In this document: positions 1-9,281 of the stretch, one piece after another
How positions within the stretch are numbered: position 1 is the first letter of the stretch
Layout: each line of letters opens with the position of its first letter
Assembly (NCBI GenBank): GCA_043821645.1
Contig: JBDRCO010000076.1
Location: 1 to 64,000, forward strand
Reading direction: 5' to 3'
DNA length: 64,000 nucleotides
DNA from: Pseudomonadota bacterium
GTDB taxonomy: Bacteria > Myxococcota > JACRCW01 > JAFGSX01
Notes under the pieces: model-generated
The model's input: the letters and a program-made list of their open reading frames with translations, nothing else
Told to the model about the DNA's origin: nothing
Databases searched by the model: none
Translations under genes and position numbers: made by a program

Positions 1-1
1 G

Positions 2-658
2 GTCAGCGCGATCGTGGGCTGGGGAGGCACCATGCACGGTCCCGGTGACGTCGAGCGCACGGGACCAGGCGCCATCCACCTTGGCGAACTGGATGGGCGC
101 CGCAGCGAGCGGGTGCTCGCATTGCAGCGTCTGCTCGAACCCACCGGCGAGGTCGTCGTCAGCGACAACATCCGCGGTGCATTGTGGTCCAAGCTGGCCA
201 TCAATTGCACCATCACCACCGCGGGTGCCCTCACGGGTCAGACCCTGGGTGCCATGCTCGGTGGGCGCCGGGCGCGCACGGCCTTCCTGGGGGTGTACCG
301 GGAAGTGATCGATACCGCGCTCGCGCTCGGGGTCAAGCTGGAGCGCATCGCCACCGATCCGATGCTGCTCTACCTGCCCACCGATTCCGGCGCGTTCCGT
401 CGCTGGAGCAAGGACCTTCTGGTTCACCTGGTCGGTCTGCGCTACCGGCGGCTCAAGTCCTCAAGCCTGCAATCGATCGAGCGCGGCCGTCGGACCGAGA
501 TCGATTTTCTCAACGGCTACGTCGTGGAGCAGGCCCGGTCCGCAGGTGTCGCCACGCCGCTCAACGCCGCACTGACCCGCCTGATCAAGGAGATCGAGCA
601 GGGACAGCGCGTCCCCTCGCCGGCCAATCTCGACGCCCTCCTGTCCAGCATCACCTGA
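2..658 (+). CDS. panE: Ketopantoate reductase (PanE/ApbA family), 5'-truncated by window edge
   Basis: ApbA_C motifs: DNIRGALWSKLAINC (catalytic Lys), SSSLQSIERGRRTEIDFLNGYVV; frame open from position 2. Confidence 0.85.
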   Translation, partial: VSAIVGWGGTMHGPGDVERTGPGAIHLGELDGRRSERVLALQRLLEPTGEVVVSDNIRGALWSKLAINCTITTAGALTGQTLGAMLGGRRARTAFLGVYREVIDTALALGVKLERIATDPMLLYLPTDSGAFRRWSKDLLVHLVGLRYRRLKSSSLQSIERGRRTEIDFLNGYVVEQARSAGVATPLNAALTRLIKEIEQGQRVPSPANLDALLSSIT

Positions 659-673
659 GTACCTTCGCGGATC

Positions 674-699
674 TGGAACAAAGTGCTCGGGTCCACGTG
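674..699 (+). promoter_or_regulatory. Putative ECF sigma promoter TGGAAC-N16-CGTG upstream of the GIN-domain gene
   Basis: Resembles the ECF -35 GGAAC / -10 CGT layout; same motif and spacing recur at 1297-1322. Confidence 0.45.
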
Positions 700-759
700 T
701 CACGAGTGTGTGGCACGGAAGCGACGCCTCGGCAGGCTGCGCTTCGGGCGGAGGTGGCG

Positions 760-1194
760 ATGCGAAGAGCAAGGGGCTGCACCCTGGCGTTGTGCCTGAC
801 GCTGGTCGGACCCGGTCTGCTGGGTGGTTGCGGGGTCCCAGAGATCCGGGGCAGCGGCCTCACTGGGACCGTCCTGTACGACCTGCCATCCTTTGATTCG
901 GTGGAGGTCGCCAGCTTCATCGACGTCATCGTGGCACAGGGCCCTCATCACAGAGCCATGCTGACCTGTGATGAGGATCTCCTGGTGCACTTCTCCGTGC
1001 GCGTTCGAGACGGCGTGCTGCACATCGGCGTAGGGCGGCTGGCCTCGACACCCTCGGTCCTGCTCAGGCCCGAGGGACTGTGCGAGGTTCAGGTCACAGC
1101 TCCGGCATCCCTGCGCATGGCCTACCGGGATCACCGTCGCATGCTGCTCAGCATGCGGAGCTCAGACACCGCGGCCAGCCGGGTGACACGTTGA
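760..1194 (+). CDS. Short head-GIN/DUF2807-like lipoprotein (lacks the usual C-terminal repeats)
   Basis: Lipobox LGGC; IRGSG...FDSVEVASFIDVIVAQG...CDEDLLVHFSVRVRDGVLHIGV resembles the DUF2807 N-terminus; GGAGG before ATG 760. Confidence 0.6.
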   Translation: MRRARGCTLALCLTLVGPGLLGGCGVPEIRGSGLTGTVLYDLPSFDSVEVASFIDVIVAQGPHHRAMLTCDEDLLVHFSVRVRDGVLHIGVGRLASTPSVLLRPEGLCEVQVTAPASLRMAYRDHRRMLLSMRSSDTAASRVTR

Positions 1195-1296
1195 TGGTGC
1201 AAGACGAGGCGCGCGGGGTCCGCCGAGGGGTGCGGGGCCACATGGGCGTCCTTCGTGATAATCAAGGAACAAGGTCACCCGGTCTGCTGCCTGGTG

Positions 1297-1322
1297 TGGA
1301 ACCTTTTTCTGGCCAGCTCGTG
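1297..1322 (+). promoter_or_regulatory. Putative autoregulatory ECF promoter TGGAAC-N16-CGTG
   Basis: Directly upstream of the ECF sigma gene; duplicates the motif at 674-699. Confidence 0.45.
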
Positions 1323-1331
1323 GAACAACAC

Positions 1332-1925
1332 ATGAGGTCATCCCTTCGCATGACGTCCCCTCGCACCGAACGGCCCGAGCAGCTCGCCACCAGCACCCTG
1401 GCCCGGGCGAGCCGTCGAGACCCCGCGGCCTGTCGCGAGCTCGTCGAGCGCTACCAGCGACCTGTCTTTGCTGTGCTATCACGGCTGCTTGCCCCTGTGG
1501 GCCGCCAGGCGCTGGTCGAGGACCTGGCTCAGGAGTGCTTTCTACGTGTGTTCAGGAGCCTGCACCGCTTTGACCCAGCCGGTTCTGCCACGCTGTCGAC
1601 CTGGATCCTGACCATTGCCGCCAGGTTGGCCATCGACGAGCTTCGCCGCCCGGTCGCCACAGCACTCGTTCCCCTCGACCAGGCCGGGCTGGTGAGCCCT
1701 CAGTCGGTGGAGAGCTCCGCCGAGCACCGGCAGCAACTCGAGCAGGTCTTCGAGGCCCTCGACGACATCACCCCGGAATACCGCGCAGCGCTCGTGCTGA
1801 GGTTGTTTCACGAGATGAGTTACGACCAGATCGCGGCTGCGCTTGGCATCGAGCTGGGTACGGTCAAGTCCCGCCTGGCGCGCGCCCGGACCGCGCTCAC
1901 CCTGGCACTGCGAGGAGAACGATGA
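1332..1925 (+). CDS. ECF RNA polymerase sigma-70 factor (start 1332 or 1350)
   Basis: Region 2 (VEDLAQECFLRVFRSLHRFD, TWILTIAARLAIDELRR) and region 4 (SYDQIAAALGIELGTVKSRLARAR). Confidence 0.93.
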   Translation: MRSSLRMTSPRTERPEQLATSTLARASRRDPAACRELVERYQRPVFAVLSRLLAPVGRQALVEDLAQECFLRVFRSLHRFDPAGSATLSTWILTIAARLAIDELRRPVATALVPLDQAGLVSPQSVESSAEHRQQLEQVFEALDDITPEYRAALVLRLFHEMSYDQIAAALGIELGTVKSRLARARTALTLALRGER

Positions 1926-3226
1926 AGCGCGACGACACATCCCCGTCCCTGCTCGCCGAGGAGCAGACCCTGGCGCGCGATCTGGACGCGCTGTGGCGCG
2001 CAAGCGAGCCTCCCGTGCACTTCGCCGACCGCGTCATCGCGAGCTGGGCTGTGCAGCAGGGATCCGCACCTGCCGCCGTCAGCCTCGATTCCCGCAGGCG
2101 CTGGCTCGTGCCCACAGCGCTGGCCGCCGCCGCCGCGCTGATCGTCGTGGTGGGGGCTGGTCTCGATCTCACCTGGCCTTCCAGGGGACAGTCCCTGGCC
2201 GCGGAGCGTGCAGAGCTGAAGCTGGGGCATCGTGCCGTCGTGGTGGCCGAGGGCGGCGCGTCCCTGAGCTGGAAGGTTGGCCTGGGTGGAGCTGTCGAGG
2301 TCGAGCAGACGGAGGGCGATGTGTTCTACCGCGTCGAGCACGGCCGACGCTTCGAGGTACAGACCCCCGCGGGAGTGGTCGGGGTGCGTGGGACCTGCTT
2401 CCGCGTCCTGGTTCGCGACGCCGCTGCTGCTCCGGCTCCTGCTGGCTCCGGCGGCGGGGGCTCCCAGGTCGAGGTCACCGTGTATGAAGGCCGGGTCGAG
2501 CTGGCCAGCCAGGGTGTCCAGCTCAGCCTCGAGGCCGGCCAGCACGCGTTGGCGACCTCCACCCAGGCGCCCAAGCTCATCGAGATGCCCCTCGCAGGGC
2601 CAAAGGGGAACCATCGTATCGTCCGGGATCGCGTTCCCTTGCTTGCACGGCTCGAAGCCTTCGAGTCGCAACTCAAGTCCCTGTCTCCGGCGCAGTCTCC
2701 GCCCGTGCTTGAGGAGCTTGCAGCGGTTCGCGGTGAGCTGGCCCAGGTGCGCCAGGAGCTGGTGGCCGAACGCGAGATGCGCCTGTCCGTCGAGGGGGAA
2801 GCCCGGCCCTTTCCTGACGATCTCAACCCCCGCTACCTGGAGCCAGAACTCAAGCGCGCTTTTCACGAGGCGCTGGCGCGATCTGGGATACAGGGCGAGA
2901 TCCAGGCCATTGACTGCGGCGAGTACCCCTGCGTCGTCTACGGAGAGGTCCATGCCGGACCCGAGGATGGGGCCTTTGATCGGTCGCTGCATAGCTTCAC
3001 GGGCGCCCTGAAGCAGAACTATCCCGAGGGGAGCAATGCCCTGCGGGTCTGGGCCGCGCAGCAGAAGCGCGATGGCCACGACGGTGCTCAGGACAGCACG
3101 CGGAATCTGTTCGGGATTGCGGTGATGCCCGTCGACGGGAAGGGCCCGGACGCTCCAGACCAGGAGCTGGCGCGGCGACTCATGTATCGCAATAACCAGT
3201 ATCTCGAGGCGAGCCTGGATCCCTGA
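1922..3226 (+). CDS. FecR-domain transmembrane anti-sigma factor
   Basis: ATGA overlap with the sigma gene; one TM helix; FecR motifs GDVFYRVEHG..FEVQTPAGVVGVRGTCFRV..VTVYEGRVEL; coiled coil and C-terminal domain. Confidence 0.85.
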   Translation: MKRDDTSPSLLAEEQTLARDLDALWRASEPPVHFADRVIASWAVQQGSAPAAVSLDSRRRWLVPTALAAAAALIVVVGAGLDLTWPSRGQSLAAERAELKLGHRAVVVAEGGASLSWKVGLGGAVEVEQTEGDVFYRVEHGRRFEVQTPAGVVGVRGTCFRVLVRDAAAAPAPAGSGGGGSQVEVTVYEGRVELASQGVQLSLEAGQHALATSTQAPKLIEMPLAGPKGNHRIVRDRVPLLARLEAFESQLKSLSPAQSPPVLEELAAVRGELAQVRQELVAEREMRLSVEGEARPFPDDLNPRYLEPELKRAFHEALARSGIQGEIQAIDCGEYPCVVYGEVHAGPEDGAFDRSLHSFTGALKQNYPEGSNALRVWAAQQKRDGHDGAQDSTRNLFGIAVMPVDGKGPDAPDQELARRLMYRNNQYLEASLDP

Positions 3227-3234
3227 CAAGGGCC

Positions 3235-3972
3235 CTACAGCGACGCGAGGATTTCCTTTGCCCGGTTGCGGTAGTAGGGCTCCCTGCCAGCGGCGGCCTT
3301 CTCGAGAACAGCGCGGGCCTTGGCTTTGTTGTCGGCGCCGCCCTCGTCGGCCAGGACCTCGCCGAGATACAGCTGCCCCTCGGCATTGTTCGGGTAGTAC
3401 TTCTGAAACTCGAACAGGTAGGTGAGAGCCTTCTTGTTGTCCTTGAGTGGCCAGGGCAGCGCGGACCAGAAACGGCCGAGAGCCAGTACAGGTCCAGCCT
3501 CGTTGTACTGCTTGTCGATGGCATAGGATTTTTCAAACGCGTTTTGCGTCTTGTCCTTGAGTCCCTCGCGGAGCGCCGTGATGATGCTGACCCCGTCAGC
3601 ATAAGTTCCCACCGCGCAACCAAACCAGAAATGCCCCTCGACACGTTTCGGCTCGACGTCGATGGCACGCTGCCCGAGTTGCATCGCGATCTTGCCGTGC
3701 TTGGCGCTGCGCTCCTTCCACCCCTTCGCCTCCTGCTCCTTGGAGACGTCCGCGAACTGCCGATGCGCCTTCGCCGCCCGCCACAGCACCTCGTAGTCCT
3801 TGGGATCGGTCTGCACCGCACGATCGAACAAGGGCAAAGAAGCCTCGATACTCTGCAGCGTGTCCTGCTCGAGCAGTGCTCTGGCTTGGTCGTAGGTCTC
3901 GTCAGCGCGCACAGTGCCAGCGACGAGTAGCCAGCAGAAGGTAAGGCTGGTCGCCCAGCGAACGGTCGTCAT
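3235..3972 (-). CDS. Secreted TPR-like protein (RMDN/TatT-like helical repeat)
   Basis: Signal peptide ending VRA; YEVLWRAAKAH, EGHFWFGCAVG, ALGRFWSALPW helical repeats. Confidence 0.7.
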   Translation of the reverse strand: MTTVRWATSLTFCWLLVAGTVRADETYDQARALLEQDTLQSIEASLPLFDRAVQTDPKDYEVLWRAAKAHRQFADVSKEQEAKGWKERSAKHGKIAMQLGQRAIDVEPKRVEGHFWFGCAVGTYADGVSIITALREGLKDKTQNAFEKSYAIDKQYNEAGPVLALGRFWSALPWPLKDNKKALTYLFEFQKYYPNNAEGQLYLGEVLADEGGADNKAKARAVLEKAAAGREPYYRNRAKEILASL

Positions 3973-4209
3973 GGAAGACCTCCCCATGGTGGTTTGAACA
4001 CGACTATACAGACAGCCCGGTGGAACGTCCCAGCTTGGACGCTTCGACGGCGTTCGTGTTCAAGGTTCGGTGGCAGACCAGCACCTGCTTCCAGCGATCT
4101 TCCTCGCCCGGCCTCCTCCTCCTGACCGATGGCTCTCCCCCCGACGACCGATGCGAGGGAGGGTGGCGATGGCCGACAATGTAAGACAGATACAGCACAG
4201 GAGTCTGCC

Positions 4210-5502
4210 ATGCGAGGTCGGACGGGGTATGGGTGTACCCGGAGTACTCTTGCTGCGCTTTGCGCGGTCGTGGGTGTGGCGTGCGGCCCGGCCGAGGCCA
4301 GCTATGAAAGCAATACAGCCCTCGCCAGCCAGAGCACCGGACAGGAATTCCCGCCGCCCCCCGCCGGCACGGATGCGGGCCTCGGGGTTGCTCCCGGTGA
4401 CGATGGAGCACCAGCGCAGGGCGCGGACAGCGGCTCCCTGGGCGAGGTCCCCCCAGGTGCCGGCCACGACGCAGGAGGGGCGGAGTTCTGCAACCCCGAG
4501 ATCTGCGACGGCCTAGACAACGACTGCGATGGTCAGATCGACGAGGGCCTTGTCAACGCCTGCGGAACCTGCGGAGCTGTGCCTCGCGAGGTCTGCGGCA
4601 ACGACCTCGACGACGACTGCGACGGTCTTGCTGATTGCCTGGATCCCGAATGCGCCGATGGCTGCGTCGTGACCTGCGAGGAGACCGAGGGCCACAACTG
4701 CAACAATGATATGGGCTATGGGGATCATTGCGCGCCGACCGACAATGCTCATGGATGCACTGCCGAGCGCTTCTGGGCGTGGTGCAACCGCCGAAATTCG
4801 GCGTACCCGGACATCTGGGACAACTACCTGCGCAACTGGGTGGACAACCGCTGTGATGCCACCATCGAGCTCGAGGATCTCGACAGCAACGGATATGACG
4901 AGTTCACCTGCACGAGCGACGAGGGCGTGCTGTATCGCTGCACCACGCCGCTGGTGCTGCTGTTTGACGCCGCCCGGGCAGTGCAGTACCGCACCGACCT
5001 TGCGGCCGTGCCCTTCGATCTCTCTGCGGCAGGGGACGGCAGTGCCATCCGTACCGCCTGGCCCACCGCCGTCTCGCCCTGGCTTGCCCTGGATCGCGAC
5101 GGCGATGGCCGCATCACCTCGGGGCGCGAACTCTTTGGGAGCGCCAGCCTGACCTCGGGAGGTCTCGCGCGAGACGGCTTCGAGGCGCTGCGTGAGCTCG
5201 ACAGCACAAGGGATGGGCAGATCAACGATCGGGACGCTCTGTTTCAGGATCTCGTCGTGTGGCTGGATGACGACGGAGATCGTGTCTCACAGGCGTGGGA
5301 ACTTTTGCCGCTCGCCGCCCTGGGGATCACCACCCTGGGACTCGACGACCTCGTGCAGCCGCGGTGTGATGGCGCAGGCAACTGTGAACGCGAACGTTCC
5401 CAGATGCGATGGACCGACGCTTCGGGGCAGGTCCACATCGGGGCTGTCGTCGACGTGCACCTTCGCATCGACCCTTCGTTTAAAGATCCCCTCTGCCTCT
5501 AG
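4210..5502 (+). CDS. Lipoprotein with MopE-like Cys/Asp metal-binding repeats and C-terminal FrpC self-processing-module-like Ca-binding domain
   Basis: Lipobox VAC; PEICDGLDNDCDGQID and EVCGNDLDDDCDG; TPLVL...LALDRDGDGRITSGRELFG...DGFEALRELDSTRDGQINDRDALFQDLVVWLDDDGD...ELLPLAALGI. Confidence 0.75.
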   Translation: MRGRTGYGCTRSTLAALCAVVGVACGPAEASYESNTALASQSTGQEFPPPPAGTDAGLGVAPGDDGAPAQGADSGSLGEVPPGAGHDAGGAEFCNPEICDGLDNDCDGQIDEGLVNACGTCGAVPREVCGNDLDDDCDGLADCLDPECADGCVVTCEETEGHNCNNDMGYGDHCAPTDNAHGCTAERFWAWCNRRNSAYPDIWDNYLRNWVDNRCDATIELEDLDSNGYDEFTCTSDEGVLYRCTTPLVLLFDAARAVQYRTDLAAVPFDLSAAGDGSAIRTAWPTAVSPWLALDRDGDGRITSGRELFGSASLTSGGLARDGFEALRELDSTRDGQINDRDALFQDLVVWLDDDGDRVSQAWELLPLAALGITTLGLDDLVQPRCDGAGNCERERSQMRWTDASGQVHIGAVVDVHLRIDPSFKDPLCL

Positions 5503-5563
5503 GTCGTGGATGCCGTGGCGGTGTCTCCGTGGCATAATTCCATGCCATGAACGAGGTGCTGAC

Positions 5564-6580
5564 ATGCGGCGCATGATGCGAGGGTTTCTTGGGCTGCCAG
5601 TGATCTTGGTCCTGCTTACCGGCTGTCCGCCGACACCAGGCACAGCCTGCAAGACCGACGACGATTGTCCTGGGAGCTATCACTGCGACCGAGAGCGTGG
5701 TTACTGCTTCTCGGCGCTCCGGGATGGGGCCAATGTCTCCGACGCCAGAGTCGACGGCGCCTCGCTGGATGTCTCTGTCCGCGATGCCATAGCGGACGCC
5801 GCGGCCAGGGATCAGGCGGCGCGTGACAGTAACGTCGACGCAAGCACCGATGCACGGATCCCGGACGCAGTGCTGCCGCTGGACGCTGCGGTGGCAGATC
5901 AGGTTTCTGTGCCGGACGCGCCTGCGGGTGACGCCTCCCCACCCACCGACGCGGCCCCCGGCGCCGACACCAGCATGGCCGTCGATGCTGCCGCAGTGCC
6001 AGATGCTGTTACTCCCGCGGATGCGGGCCCGAACGACCTCCTGCCGGGTGACGGACTCGGCGACGGACCGGCGGTCCCGGACGCTGCGGTCGGGGTCGAC
6101 ACGAGTGTCGCGGATGCTGTGGGCCTGGATTGGTGGTTCTTGCTCGATGCGCAGGTTGTGGGTGATGGAAGCATCTCGCTCGACGCTGCCACACTCGGCG
6201 ACGCAGGTGTGGGAAGCTACCAGGGAACTGCCGAGCCAGGCGTGATATGTGGTGATTTCCGCTGTCCACAGGCCGACATGTGCTGCCTGGGGCTGGGCCC
6301 GAGCCTGCGCTGTGATCACGCGGCTCCATTCTGCGAGCAGGAGCTGTTTTCCCTGGCCTGCGACGGGCCCGAGGATTGCGGCGCGCTCAAGGAGTGCTGC
6401 GCCACGGGCACCTACAGCACGTACTGCACGAGCGTCGATCACTGCTACACCGAGAATCCGAACAACATCCTGATCTGCGTCGACAACAACGACTGCCGCG
6501 CTGGCTTCAAGTGTTGCAGCGCGCAGCTGTTCACGAGCATCGGGCTCGACATCGGATGGTGTCAGCGCAGCTGCCAGTGA
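5564..6580 (+). CDS. Cys-rich lipoprotein with long Asp/Ala-rich linker
   Basis: Lipobox LTGC; CKTDDDCPGSYHC; DAA/PDA repeats; Cys-rich C-terminus (CDGPEDC). Confidence 0.75.
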   Translation: MRRMMRGFLGLPVILVLLTGCPPTPGTACKTDDDCPGSYHCDRERGYCFSALRDGANVSDARVDGASLDVSVRDAIADAAARDQAARDSNVDASTDARIPDAVLPLDAAVADQVSVPDAPAGDASPPTDAAPGADTSMAVDAAAVPDAVTPADAGPNDLLPGDGLGDGPAVPDAAVGVDTSVADAVGLDWWFLLDAQVVGDGSISLDAATLGDAGVGSYQGTAEPGVICGDFRCPQADMCCLGLGPSLRCDHAAPFCEQELFSLACDGPEDCGALKECCATGTYSTYCTSVDHCYTENPNNILICVDNNDCRAGFKCCSAQLFTSIGLDIGWCQRSCQ

Positions 6581-6586
6581 CGCCGC

Positions 6587-8022
6587 TCAGAACGTGAGCG
6601 TGCCCGCGGCGCGCACGGCCATGCCGAGACCGCCGGCAACGAAGTGCGCCAGCTCGTCCTGGTCAAACCAGATGCCCTGGCAGGTGCCGCACTGCTCGAC
6701 GTGGAATTCGAACGCCGGACCCTGGACGTGGATGGCTTGCAGGGTCACTCGACAGCGCGGGCAATCCCCCTGCACCCCGTCCAGGCTTGCCGGGCCCTGG
6801 CCTCCCAGGGCGAGCGCGGACACGGTCTCGACGCGCGGAGTGTTGCCCAGGATGCGGCGCAGTTCGTGGGCATCGAGCCACACACCCCTGCAGTCCGGGC
6901 AGGTATCCGCGATCACGCCGTCGTCACCAACGTGTGCATGCAGCTTCCCGCCGCACTTGGCGCAGGGTCGCCGCGAGCCCTTCGAACCCGAGGCCGTGTG
7001 CTGGACGCCAGCGGCCTCGCTCGAGGTGATGCGCTCGACCCATTCGGCGAGCTGCACGTTGGGCATGCCGGTGACGATGAGCTCGAGTACTGCGGACAGT
7101 TCCCTCCGAGCACTGGCCACGTCGTGTCCGCGCTGGTCGGGCTCCGGATGACGCCAGCGAAAAGCCAGCTCGGCGAGGCTCAGGTTGAGATCCGGCCGCA
7201 GGTCCCGGGGATGGGGCACCGGCTGCTGGCACCGCTCGAAGGCCTCCAGCGGATTCGCGGCCTCGTAAGGCCGCCGCCCGCACAGCAGCTCGTAAAAGGT
7301 GACCCCCACCGCGAACAGATCGGTCCGCCCATCGACGTCTCTCGCCTCGAGCTGCTCGGGGGGCATGTAACAGTACTTGCCACGGATCTCCCCGGCCCGG
7401 GTGAGCTGGTCCGCCTCGACGAGCTGCTTGGCCAGGCCGAAGTCCGTGACCCGCACCTCGCCATAGCGTCCGATTAGGACATTTTCCGGACTGATGTCCC
7501 TGTGCACCATGGGCGCCCCCCGCCCCTCCTCGTCAACAATGGCGTGAGCTGCCTCCAGCGCCCATAGCACCTGATGAATCACGTAGCCCGCCAGGGCCAC
7601 GGGCATCGGTTCACCGAGGATCTCCCCGCGGCTTGCGAGGCGGCGCAGGTCCACACCCTCGACCAGTTCCATGACGAGATAGGGCACACCGTGGTCCATG
7701 TTGAGGTCGATGACAGAGAGACCGTGTTGGGGTGGTTCAGGTGCGAACCTGCCCTGGCCTCGCGCAGGAACATCTCCCGGCTGTGTTCATCATGCACGAG
7801 ATGTGGATGGATGCGCTTGAGGGCCACCATGTGCTCGAAACCCGCCGGGCCGACGTGCCGGGCTGTCCACACGTCGCCCATGCCGCCGCGTGCCAAGGCC
7901 TTGAGCAGGACGTAGGGGCCAATGCGGCGTAACTCGTCGTCAACGACGGGCGCCACCTGTTCGATGGCCAGGGCTGACTGGCCACGCCGTGTCACCCGGG
8001 TTGGCTGATCGCGTTCGTCCAT
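6587..8022 (-). pseudogene. Hanks-type Ser/Thr kinase with two C-terminal zf-TFIIB-like zinc ribbons, frameshifted at ~7715-7721
   Basis: N-part LARGGMGDVW..VALKRI..FLREAR..LNHPN is in one frame; YLVMELVEG, HRDISPENVL, DFGLAK, GKYCYMPPEQ, DLFAVG are in another; removing one CT from GTCTCTCTGTC restores VSVIDLNMD. Confidence 0.85.
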
Positions 8023-8162
8023 GGTTGGCTCCCTGCGGCACGAGTAGCTCGCATCCTCGATTGTCGAGATCCCTGGACCATGCGTCAATCACACAGGACG
8101 TCCGGGCTTGTCTGTCTGCGCTGGAGTGGTCTAGATCAGGCCCCCGCGTGCGGAGGTGAATC

Positions 8163-9281
8163 ATGCGCTCTACGTTTCCTTTGCTCGGCCTGGTTGTCTT
8201 TTCCTTTTTCTCCATGTCCGCGCAAGCTGCCAAGCCCGTGCTCCGCGTCGGGATCAGCGGTGAGCTGGCACCTCTCCATGGACAGGACAAGGGTGGCTGG
8301 GTGGGTCTCGAGCCCGATCTCGCCCGGGCTCTGGGCAAGCACCTCGGCCGGCAGGTCGAATTCGTCGACCTCGCTGCCATCGATCGCAGCTCCTTCGATG
8401 CTCTCAAGGATAAATCGGTGGACGTCAGCTTGAACAGCCTGACTGCTTCCGCCCCGGCCGAACAAGGAACGGCTCTGACTGTGCCCTATGCGGAGCTGAA
8501 GGTGAGGCTTGCGGCCAAGAACAACAAGAAGCTCGACAGCCTCGATCAGGCACAGGGGCGAGTCGGCGTGCTCGATCGCGCGACTCGCGATCTCGTGGCC
8601 AAGGCCATGCCCGGCGTCGACGTCGTTCCGCAGCACAGTCTCAAAGAGGCGATCGTGGCCCTCATGCGCGGTCAGCTCGCCTACGTGGCACACGATGCTG
8701 CGGTCCTGCGTGCAGCCATCAAGGACACCAACCTGCAGATCCTGCCCCAGGACCTGGGGTCCTTGCATCTGGTCATGGCGGTTCGCAGCGACGAGAAAGA
8801 TGCCTTTGATGCGGCGCTGAGCAAGCTGGACAAGTCCCTGGGGGAGTTGCAGGCACGCTGGTTGGCCACCACCGCTGTGGTTGGAGATGTCCCATCACCC
8901 CTGGCCACGCTACCTGCAGGCTGGGTCGAGCTGACCAACCGCAAGGGAAAGATGATCATTCCCGTTTACTGCAGTGCCGCCACCGCCCGTATCAAGCTGT
9001 CCCAGCGCGACGGTGGCTGGTACATCGAATTCGATCTCGGTGAAGACTCCGTCGAGGGTCGCGTTGGCAAGGTGGAAGAACTGGGCAAGGGGCACTGGCG
9101 CATCCACTACCTGGAGCAATCCATCGAGCTGCGCTATCGCGCAGGGAGCAAGACCGCAGAGTGGGGGAAATCAAGCGAGCTGTGGAAGGGTGGCTGGCGC
9201 ACCTTCGCCGATGCTGCCCACGAGGACGACTACGGCGCTTACCGCGTCGAGGAATGCCCCGAGGCCACTACTGGCAAGTGA
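8163..9281 (+). CDS. Family-3 solute-binding protein-like domain fused to a C-terminal domain of unknown function
   Basis: Signal peptide AQA; LRVGIS..APL..GWVGLEPDLARALGKHLGRQVEFV..DALKDKSVDV. Confidence 0.7.
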   Translation: MRSTFPLLGLVVFSFFSMSAQAAKPVLRVGISGELAPLHGQDKGGWVGLEPDLARALGKHLGRQVEFVDLAAIDRSSFDALKDKSVDVSLNSLTASAPAEQGTALTVPYAELKVRLAAKNNKKLDSLDQAQGRVGVLDRATRDLVAKAMPGVDVVPQHSLKEAIVALMRGQLAYVAHDAAVLRAAIKDTNLQILPQDLGSLHLVMAVRSDEKDAFDAALSKLDKSLGELQARWLATTAVVGDVPSPLATLPAGWVELTNRKGKMIIPVYCSAATARIKLSQRDGGWYIEFDLGEDSVEGRVGKVEELGKGHWRIHYLEQSIELRYRAGSKTAEWGKSSELWKGGWRTFADAAHEDDYGAYRVEECPEATTGK

